DNA of 64,000 bases from assembly GCF_009914755.1 (NCBI RefSeq), contig NC_060929.1; one strand, 5' to 3'. Of this stretch, positions 1-10,400 are shown in pieces. The stretch's first letter is position 1. The number at the start of each line of letters is the position of its first letter. The DNA is from the human T2T-CHM13v2.0 reference genome, Homo sapiens. Made by a program: the position numbers and the translations under genes. The notes under the pieces were generated by a model. That model was not told the origin of the DNA. It searched no databases and worked only from the letters and a program-made list of their open reading frames with translations.

Positions 1-15
1 CAGCCGCGTTGAGGT

Positions 16-32
16 CAATGGTAGAAAAGGAA
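16..32 (+). promoter_or_regulatory. A-box / pJalpha-like motif of A-type monomer (first example; alternates with CENP-B boxes)
   Basis: CAATGGTAGAAAAGGAA (variants CAAAGGCAGAAAAGGAA, CAAAGGTAGAAAAGGAA) lies 171 bp before the CENP-B box, at the homologous monomer position. Confidence 0.75.
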
Positions 33-186
33 ATATCTTCGTATAAAAACTAGACAGAATGATTCTCAGAAACTCCTTTGAGATGTGTGTGTTCAACTCA
101 CAGAGTTTAACCTTTCTTTTCATAGAGCAGTTAGGAATCACTCTGTTTGTAAAGTCTGCAAGTGGATATTCAGACCTCTTTGAGGC

Positions 187-203
187 CTTCGTTGGAAACG
201 GGT
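187..203 (+). promoter_or_regulatory. CENP-B box (first example; recurs every ~340 bp, roughly 188 positions by window length/340)
   Basis: CTTCGTTGGAAACGGGT matches the core NTTCGNNNNANNCGGGN. The two head dimers of each HOR carry the fully canonical CTTCGTTGGAAACGGGA. Confidence 0.97.
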
Positions 204-2696
204 TTTTTTCATATAAGGCTAGACAGAAGAATTCCCAGTAACTTCCTTGTGTTGTGTGTGTTCAACTCACAGAGTTGAACTTTCATTTACACAGAGCAGA
301 TTTGAAACACTCTTTTTGTGGAATTTGCAAATGGAGATTTCAAGCGCTTTGAGGCCAAAGGCAGAAAAGGAAATATCTTCGTATAAAAACTAGACAGAAT
401 CATTCTCAGAAACTGCTCTGCGATGTGTGCGTTCAACTCTCAGAGTTTAACTTTGCTTTTCATTCAGCAGTTTGGAAACACTCTGTTTGTAAAGTCTGCA
501 CGTGGATAATTTGACCACTTAGAGGCCTTCGTTGGAAACGGGTTTTTTTCATGTAAGGCTAGACAGAAGAATTCTCAGTAACTTCCTTGTGTTGTGTGTA
601 TTCAACTCACAGAGTTGAACGATCCTTTACACAGAGCAGACTTGTAACACTCTTTTTGTGGAATTTGCAAGTGGAGATTTCAGCCGCTTTGAAGTCAAAG
701 GTAGAAAAGGAAATATCTTCCTATAAAAACTACACAGAATGATTCTCAGAAACTCCTTTGTGATGTGTGCGTTCAACTCACAGAGTTTAACCTTTCTTTT
801 CATAGAGGAGTTAGGAAACACTCTGTTTGTAAAGTCTGCAAGTGGATATTCAGACCTCTTTGAGGCCTTCGTTGGAAACGGGTTTTTTTCATATAAGGCT
901 AGACAGAAGAATTCCCAGTAACTTCCTTGTGTTGTGTGTGTTCAACTCACAGAGTTGAACTTTCATTTACACAGAGCAGATTTGAAACACTCTTTTTGTG
1001 GAATTTGCAAGTGGAGATTTCAAGCGCTTTGAGGCCAAAGGCAGAAAAGGAAATATCTTCGTATAAAAACTAGACAGAATCATTCTCAGAAACTGCTCTG
1101 TGATGTGTGCGTTCAACTCTCAGAGTTTAACTTTTCTTTTCATTCAGCAGTTTGGAAACACTCTGTTTGTAAAGTCTGCACGTGGATAATTTGACCACTT
1201 AGAGGCCTTCATTGGAAACGGGTTTTTTTCATGTAAGGCTAGACAGAAGAGTTCTCAGTAACTTCCTTGTGTTGTGTGTATTCAACTCACACAGTTGAAC
1301 GATCCTTTACACAGAGCAGACTTGTAACACTCTTTTTGTGGAATTTGCAAGTGGAGATTTCAGCCGCTTTGAAGTCAAAGTAGAAAAGGAAATATCTTCC
1401 TATAAAAACTAGACAGAATGATTCTCAGAAACTCCTTTGTGATGTGTGCGTTCAACTCACAGAGTTTAACCTTTCTTTTCATAGAGCAGTTAGGAAACAC
1501 TCTGTTTGTAAAGTCTGCAAGTGGATATTCAGACCTCTTTGAGGCCTTCGTTGGAAACGGGTTTTTTTCATATAAGGCTAGACAGAAGAATTCCCAGTAA
1601 CTTCCTTGTGTTGTGTGTGTTCAACTCACAGAGTTGAACTTTCATTTACACAGAGCAGATTTGAAACACTCTTTTTGTGGAATTTGCAGGTGGAGATTTC
1701 AAGCGCTTTGAGGCCAAAGGCAGAAAAGGAAATATCTTCGTATAAAAACTAGACAGAATCATTCTCAGAAACTGCTCTGCGATGTGTGCGTTCAACTCTC
1801 AGAGTTTAACTTTTCTTTTCATTCAGCAGTTTGGAAACACTCTGTTTGTAAAGTCTGCACGTGGATAATTTGACCACTTAGAGGCCTTCGTTGGAAACGG
1901 GTTTTTTTCATGTAAGGCTAGACAGAAGAATTCTCAGTAACTTCCTTGTGTTGTGTGTATTCAACTCACAGAGTTGAACGATCCTTTACACAGAGCAGAC
2001 TTGTAACACTCTTTTTGTGGAATTTGCAAGTGGAGATTTCAGCCGCTTTGAAGTCAAAGGTAGAAAAGGAAATATCTTCCTATAAAAACTAGACAGAATG
2101 ATTCTCAGAAACTCCTTTGTGATGTGTGCGTTCAACTCACAGAGTTTAACCTTTCTTTTCATAGAGCAGTTAGGAAACACTCTGCTTGTAAAGTCTGCAA
2201 GTGGATATTCAGCCCTCTTTGAGGCCTTCGTTGGAAACGGGTTTTTTTCATATAAGGCTAGACAGAAGAATTCCCAGTAACTTCCTTGTGTTGTGTGTGT
2301 TCAACTCACAGAGTTGAACTTTGATTTACACAGAGCAGATTTGAAACACTCTTTTTGTGGAATTTGCAAGTGGAGATTTCAAGCGCTTTGAGGCCAAAGG
2401 CAGAAAAGGAAATATCTTCGTATAAAAACTAGACAGAATCATTCTCAGAAACTGCTCTGCGATGTGTGCGTTCAACTCTCAGAGTTTAACTTTTCTTTTC
2501 ATTCAGCAGTTTGGAAACACTCTGTTTGTAAAGTCTGCACGTGGATATTTTGACCACTTAGAGGCCTTCGTTGGAAACGGGTTTTTTTCCTGTAAGGCTA
2601 GACAGAAGAATTCCCAGTAACTTCCTTGTGTTGTGTACATTCAACTCACAGAGTTGAACGTTCCCTTAGACAGAGCAGATTTGAAACACTCTTTTT

Positions 2697-4055
2697 GTGC
2701 AATTGGCAAGTGGAGATTTCAAGCGCTTTAAGGTCAATGGCAGAAAAGGAAATATCTTCGTTTCAAAACTAGACAGAATCATTCCCACAAACTGCGTTGT
2801 GATGTGTTCGTTCATCTCACAGAGTTTAACCTTTCTTTTCATAGAGCAGTTAGGAAACACTCTGTTTGTAAATTCTGTAAGTGGATATTCTGACATCTTG
2901 TGGCCTTCGTTGGAAACGGGATTTCTTCATATTCTGCTAGACAGAAGAATTCTCAGAATCTTCCTTGTGTTGTGTGTATTCAACTCACACAGTTGAACGA
3001 TGGTTTACACAGAGCAGATTTGAAACACTCTTTTTGTGGAATTTGCAAGTGGAGATTTCAGCCGCTTTGAGGTCAATGGTAGAAAAGGAAATATCTTCGT
3101 ATAAAAACTAGACAGAATGATTCTCAGAAACTTCTTTGTGATGTGTGCGTTCAACTCACAGAGTTTAACCTTTCTTTTCATAGAGCAGTTAGGAAACACT
3201 CTGTTTGTAAACTCTGCAAGTGGATATTCAGACCTCTTTGAGGCCTTCGTTGGAAACGGGATTTCTTCATACTGTGCTAGACAGAAGAATTCTCAGTAAC
3301 TTCCTTGTGTTGTGTGTATTCAACTCACAGAGTTGAACGATCCTTTACACAGAGCAGACTTGAAACACTCTTTTTGTGGAATTTGCAAGTGGAGATTTCA
3401 GCCGCGTTGAGGTCAATGGTAGAAAAGGAAATATCTTCGTATAAAAACTAGACAGAATGATTCTCAGAAACTCCTTTGAGATGTGTGTGTTCAACTCACA
3501 GAGTTTAACCTTTCTTTTCATAGAGCAGTTAGGAATCACTCTGTTTGTAAAGTCTGCAAGTGGATATTCAGACCTCTTTGAGGCCTTCGTTGGAAACGGG
3601 TTTTTTTCATATAAGGCTAGACAGAAGAATTCCCAGTAACTTCCTTGTGTTGTGTGTGTTCAACTCACAGAGTTGAACTTTCATTTACACAGAGCAGATT
3701 TGAAACACTCTTTTTGTGGAATTTGCAAATGGAGATTTCAAGCGCTTTGAGGCCAAAGGCAGAAAAGGAAATATCTTCGTATAAAAACTAGACAGAATCA
3801 TTCTCAGAAACTGCTCTGCGATGTGTGCGTTCAACTCTCAGAGTTTAACTTTTCTTTTCATTCAGCAGTTTGGAAACACTCTGTTTGTAAAGTCTGCACG
3901 TGGATATTTTGACCACTTAGAGGCCTTCGTTGGAAACGGGTTTTTTTCCTGTAAGGCTAGACAGAAGAATTCCCAGTAACTTCCTTGTGTTGTGTACATT
4001 CAACTCACAGAGTTGAACGTTCCCTTAGACAGAGCAGATTTGAAACACTCTTTTT
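2697..4055 (+). repeat. 8-mer HOR variant (1359 bp): H + T1/T4 hybrid
   Basis: Landmark spacing 2697->4056. T1 markers switch to T4 markers between ~3730 and ~3907. Confidence 0.9.
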
Positions 4056-7000
4056 GTGCAATTGGCAAGTGGAGATTTCAAGCGCTTTAAGGTCAATGGC
4101 AGAAAAGGAAATATCTTCGTTTCAAAACTAGACAGAATCATTCCCACAAACTGCGTTGTGATGTGTTCGTTCATCTCACAGAGTTTAACCTTTCTTTTCA
4201 TAGAGCAGTTAGGAAACACTCTGTTTGTAAATTCTGTAAGTGGATATTCTGACATCTTGTGGCCTTCGTTGGAAACGGGATTTCTTCATATTCTGCTAGA
4301 CAGAAGAATTCTCAGAATCTTCCTTGTGTTGTGTGTATTCAACTCACACAGTTGAACGATGGTTTACACAGAGCAGATTTGAAACACTCTTTTTGTGGAA
4401 TTTGCAAGTGGAGATTTCAGCCGCTTTGAGGTCAATGGTAGAAAAGGAAATATCTTCGTATAAAAACTAGACAGAATGATTCTCAGAAACTTCTTTGTGA
4501 TGTGTGCGTTCAACTCACAGAGTTTAACCTTTCTTTTCATAGAGCAGTTAGGAAACACTCTGTTTGTAAACTCTGCAAGTGGATATTCAGACCTCTTTGA
4601 GGCCTTCGTTGGAAACGGGATTTCTTCATACTGTGCTAGACAGAAGAATTCTCAGTAACTTCCTTGTGTTGTGTGTATTCAACTCACAGAGTTGAACGAT
4701 CCTTTACACAGAGCAGACTTGAAACACTCTTTTTGTGGAATTTGCAAGTGGAGATTTCAGCCGCGTTGAGGTCAATGGTAGAAAAGGAAATATCTTCGTA
4801 TAAAAACTAGACAGAATGATTCTCAGAAACTCCTTTGAGATGTGTGTGTTCAACTCACAGAGTTTAACCTTTCTTTTCATAGAGCAGTTAGGAATCACTC
4901 TGTTTGTAAAGTCTGCAAGTGGATATTCAGACCTCTTTGAGGCCTTCGTTGGAAACGGGTTTTTTTCATATAAGGCTAGACAGAAGAATTCCCAGTAACT
5001 TCCTTGTGTTGTGTGTGTTCAACTCACAGAGTTGAACTTTCATTTACACAGAGCAGATTTGAAACACTCTTTTTGTGGAATTTGCAAATGGAGATTTCAA
5101 GCGCTTTGAGGCCAAAGGCAGAAAAGGAAATATCTTCGTATAAAAACTAGACAGAATCATTCTCAGAAACTGCTCTGCGATGTGTGCGTTCAACTCTCAG
5201 AGTTTAACTTTGCTTTTCATTCAGCAGTTTGGAAACACTCTGTTTGTAAAGTCTGCACGTGGATAATTTGACCACTTAGAGGCCTTCGTTGGAAACGGGT
5301 TTTTTTCATGTAAGGCTAGACAGAAGAATTCTCAGTAACTTCCTTGTGTTGTGTATATTCAACTCACAGAGTTGAACGATCCTTTACACAGAGCAGACTT
5401 GTAACACTCTTTTTGTGGAATTTGCAAGTGGAGATTTCAGCCGCTTTGAAGTCAAAGGTAGAAAAGGAAATATCTTCCTATAAAAACTACACAGAATGAT
5501 TCTCAGAAACTCCTTTGTGATGTGTGCGTTCAACTCACAGAGTTTAAACTTTCTTTTCATAGAGGAGTTAGGAAACACTCTGTTTGTAAAGTCTGCAAGT
5601 GGATATTCAGACCTCTTTGAGGCCTTCGTTGGAAACGGGTTTTTTTCATATAAGGCTAGACAGAAGAATTCCCAGTAACTTCCTTGTGTTGTGTGTGTTC
5701 AACTCACAGAGTTGAACTTTCATTTACACAGAGCAGATTTGAAACACTCTTTTTGTGGAATTTGCAAGTGGAGATTTCAAGCGCTTTGAGGCCAAAGGCA
5801 GAAAAGGAAATATCTTCGTATAAAAACTAGACAGAATCATTCTCAGAAACTGCTCTGTGATGTGTGCGTTCAACTCTCAGAGTTTAACTTTTCTTTTCAT
5901 TCAGCAGTTTGGAAACACTCTGTTTGTAAAGTCTGCACGTGGATAATTTGACCACTTAGAGGCCTTCGTTGGAAACGGGTTTTTTTCATGTAAGGCTAGA
6001 CAGAAGAGTTCTCAGTAACTTCCTTGTGTTGTGTGTATTCAACTCACACAGTTGAACGATCCTTTACACAGAGCAGACTTGTAACACTCTTTTTGTGGAA
6101 TTTGCAAGTGGAGATTTCAGCCGCTTTGAAGTCAAAGTAGAAAAGGAAATATCTTCCTATAAAAACTAGACAGAATGATTCTCAGAAACTCCTTTGTGAT
6201 GTGTGCGTTCAACTCACAGAGTTTAACCTTTCTTTTCATAGAGCAGTTAGGAAACACTCTGTTTGTAAAGTCTGCAAGTGGATATTCAGACCTCTTTGAG
6301 GCCTTCGTTGGAAACGGGTTTTTTTCATATAAGGCTAGACAGAAGAATTCCCAGTAACTTCCTTGTGTTGTGTGTGTTCAACTCACAGAGTTGAACTTTC
6401 ATTTACACAGAGCAGATTTGAAACACTCTTTTTGTGGAATTTGCAGGTGGAGATTTCAAGCGCTTTGAGGCCAAAGGCAGAAAAGGAAATATCTTCGTAT
6501 AAAAACTAGACAGAATCATTCTCAGAAACTGCTCTGCGATGTGTGCGTTCAACTCTCAGAGTTTAACTTTTCTTTTCATTCAGCAGTTTGGAAACACTCT
6601 GTTTGTAAAGTCTGCACGTGGATAATTTGACCACTTAGAGGCCTTCGTTGGAAACGGGTTTTTTTCATGTAAGGCTAGACAGAAGAATTCTCAGTAACTT
6701 CCTTGTGTTGTGTGTATTCAACTCACAGAGTTGAACGATCCTTTACACAGAGCAGACTTGTAACACTCTTTTTGTGGAATTTGCAAGTGGAGATTTCAGC
6801 CGCTTTGAAGTCAAAGGTAGAAAAGGAAATATCTTCCTATAAAAACTAGACAGAATGATTCTCAGAAACTCCTTTGTGATGTGTGCGTTCAACTCACAGA
6901 GTTTAACCTTTCTTTTCATAGAGCAGTTAGGAAACACTCTGCTTGTAAAGTCTGCAAGTGGATATTCAGCCCTCTTTGAGGCCTTCGTTGGAAACGGGTT

Positions 7001-7453
7001 TTTTTCATATAAGGCTAGACAGAAGAATTCCCAGTAACTTCCTTGTGTTGTGTGTGTTCAACTCACAGAGTTGAACTTTGATTTACACAGAGCAGATTTG
7101 AAACACTCTTTTTGTGGAATTTGCAAGTGGAGATTTCAAGCGCTTTGAGGCCAAAGGCAGAAAAGGAAATATCTTCGTATAAAAACTAGACAGAATCATT
7201 CTCAGAAACTGCTCTGCGATGTGTGCGTTCAACTCTCAGAGTTTAACTTTTCTTTTCATTCAGCAGTTTGGAAACACTCTGTTTGTAAAGTCTGCACGTG
7301 GATATTTTGACCACTTAGAGGCCTTCGTTGGAAACGGGTTTTTTTCCTGTAAGGCTAGACAGAAGAATTCCCAGTAACTTCCTTGTGTTGTGTACATTCA
7401 ACTCACAGAGTTGAACGTTCCCTTAGACAGAGCAGATTTGAAACACTCTTTTT
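4056..7453 (+). repeat. 20-mer HOR (3398 bp): H-T1-T2-T3-T4
   Basis: Landmark spacing 4056->7454; all four tetramer types in order. Confidence 0.9.
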
Positions 7454-10400
7454 GTGCAATTGGCAAGTGGAGATTTCAAGCGCTTTAAGGTCAATGGCAG
7501 AAAAGGAAATATCTTCGTTTCAAAACTAGACAGAATCATTCCCACAAACTGCGTTGTGATGTGTTCGTTCATCTCACAGAGTTTAACCTTTCTTTTCATA
7601 GAGCAGTTAGGAAACACTCTGTTTGTAAATTCTGTAAGTGGATATTCTGACATCTTGTGGCCTTCGTTGGAAACGGGATTTCTTCATATTCTGCTAGACA
7701 GAAGAATTCTCAGAATCTTCCTTGTGTTGTGTGTATTCAACTCACACAGTTGAACGATGGTTTACACAGAGCAGATTTGAAACACTCTTTTTGTGGAATT
7801 TGCAAGTGGAGATTTCAGCCGCTTTGAGGTCAATGGTAGAAAAGGAAATATCTTCGTATAAAAACTAGACAGAATGATTCTCAGAAACTTCTTTGTGATG
7901 TGTGCGTTCAACTCACAGAGTTTAACCTTTCTTTTCATAGAGCAGTTAGGAAACACTCTGTTTGTAAACTCTGCAAGTGGATATTCAGACCTTTTTGAGG
8001 CCTTCGTTGGAAACGGGATTTCTTCATACTGTGCTAGACAGAAGAATTCTCAGTAACTTCCTTGTGTTGTGTGTATTCAACTCACAGAGTTGAACGATCC
8101 TTTACACAGAGCAGACTTGAAACACTCATTTTGTGGAATTTGCAAGTGGAGATTTCAGCCGCGTTGAGGTCAATGGTAGAAAAGGAAATATCTTCGTATA
8201 AAAACTAGACAGAATGATTCTCAGAAACTCCTTTGAGATGTGTGTGTTCAACTCACAGAGTTTAACCTTTCTTTTCATAGAGCAGTTAGGAATCACTCTG
8301 TTTGTAAAGTCTGCAAGTGGATATTCAGACCTCTTTGAGGCCTTCGTTGGAAACGGGTTTTTTTCATATAAGGCTAGACAGAAGAATTCCCAGTAACTTC
8401 CTTGTGTTGTGTGTGTTCAACTCACAGAGTTGAACTTTCATTTACACAGAGCAGATTTGAAACACTCTTTTTGTGGAATTTGCAAATGGAGATTTCAAGC
8501 GCTTTGAGGCCAAAGGCAGAAAAGGAAATATCTTCGTATAAAAACTAGACAGAATCATTCTCAGAAACTGCTCTGCGATGTGTGCGTTCAACTCTCAGAG
8601 TTTAACTTTTCTTTTCATTCAGCAGTTTGGAAACACTCTGTTTGTAAAGTCTGCACGTGGATAATTTGACCACTTAGAGGCCTTCGTTGGAAACGGGTTT
8701 TTTTCATGTAAGGCTAGACAGAAGAATTCTCAGTAACTTCCTTGTGTTGTGTGTATTCAACTCACAGAGTTGAACGATCCTTTACACAGAGCAGACTTGT
8801 AACACTCTTTTTGTGGAATTTGCAAGTGGAGATTTCAGCCGCTTTGAAGTCAAAAGTAGAAAAGGAAATATCTTCCTATAAAAACTAGACAGAATGATTC
8901 TCAGAAACTCCTTTGTGATGTGTGCGTTCAACTCACAGAGTTTAACCTTTCTTTTCATAGAGCAGTTAGGAAACACTCTGTTTGTAAAGTCTGCAAGTGG
9001 ATATTCAGACCTCTTTGAGGCCTTCGTTGGAAACGGGTTTTTTTCATATAAGGCTAGACAGAAGAATTCCCAGTAACTTCCTTGTGTTGTGTGTGTTCAA
9101 CTCACAGAGTTGAACTTTCATTTACACAGAGCAGATTTGAAACACTCTTTTTGTGGAATTTGCAGGTGGAGATTTCAAGCGCTTTGAGGCCAAAGGCAGA
9201 AAAGGAAATATCTTCGTATAAAAACTAGACAGAATCATTCTCAGAAACTGCTCTGCGATGTGTGCGTTCAACTCTCAGAGTTTAACTTTTCTTTTCATTC
9301 AGCAGTTTGGAAACACTCTGTTTGTAAAGTCTGCACGTGGATAATTTGACCACTTAGAAGCCTTCGTTGGAAACGGGTTTTTTTCATGTAAGGCTAGACA
9401 GAAGAATTCTCAGTAACTTCCTTGTGTTGTGTGTATTCAACTCACAGAGTTGAACGATCCTTTACACAGAGCAGACTTGTAACACTCTTTTTGTGGAATT
9501 TGCAAGTGGAGATTTCAGCCGCTTTGAAGTCAAAGGTAGAAAAGGAAATATCTTCCTATAAAAACTAGACAGAATGATTCTCAGAAACTCCTTTGTGATG
9601 TGTGCGTTCAACTCACAGAGTTTAACCTTTCTTTTCATAGAGCAGTTAGGAAACACTCTGCTTGTAAAGTCTGCAAGTGGATATTCAGCCCTCTTTGAGG
9701 CCTTCGTTGGAAACGGGTTTTTTTCATATAAGGCTAGACAGAAGAATTCCCAGTAACTTCCTTGTGTTGTGTGTGTTCAACTCACAGAGTTGAACTTTGA
9801 TTTACACAGAGCAGATTTGAAACACTCTTTTTGTGGAATTTGCAAGTGGAGATTTCAAGCGCTTTGAGGCCAAAGGCAGAAAAGGAAATATCTTCGTATA
9901 AAAACTAGACAGAATCATTCTCAGAAACTGCTCTGCGATGTGTGCGTTCAACTCTCAGAGTTTAACTTTTCTTTTCATTCAGCAGTTTGGAAACACTCTG
10001 TTTGTAAAGTCTGCACGTGGATATTTTGACCACTTAGAGGCCTTCGTTGGAAACGGGTTTTTTTCCTGTAAGGCTAGACAGAAGAATTCCCAGTAACTTC
10101 CTTGTGTTGTGTACATTCAACTCACAGAGTTGAACGTTCCCTTAGACAGAGCAGATTTGAAACACTCTTTTTGTGCAATTGGCAAGTGGAGATTTCAAGC
10201 GCTTTAAGGTCAATGGCAGAAAAGGAAATATCTTCGTTTCAAAACTAGACAGAATCATTCCCACAAACTGCGTTGTGATGTGTTCGTTCATCTCACAGAG
10301 TTTAAGCTTTCTTTTCATAGAGCAGTTAGGAAACAGTCTGTTTGTAAATTCTGTAAGTGGATATTCTGACATCTTGTGGCCTTCGTTGGAAACGGGATTT

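Larger units (their letters stand above)
1..2696 (+). repeat. Partial HOR: T1-T2-T3-T4 tail of a 20-mer
   Basis: Four ~680-bp tetramers at 59, 739, 1418 and 2098, with diagnostic variants (T1 GAGATG/GGAATCAC; T2 GAGGAG/GAGTTCTC/1-bp deletion AAAGTAG; T3 TGCAGG; T4 TGCTTG/CAGCCC/CCTGT). Confidence 0.9.

Noticed and set aside
198-212. GGG followed by a T7 run, resembling an intrinsic or Pol III terminator
   Set aside because: It is the 3' flank of the CENP-B box in this satellite family. There is no GC-rich stem or associated transcription unit.
497-506. CACGTG E-box and TATAAAA TATA-like motifs recurring in the repeat
   Set aside because: Short motifs amplified passively with the satellite; the sequence gives no evidence of promoter function.
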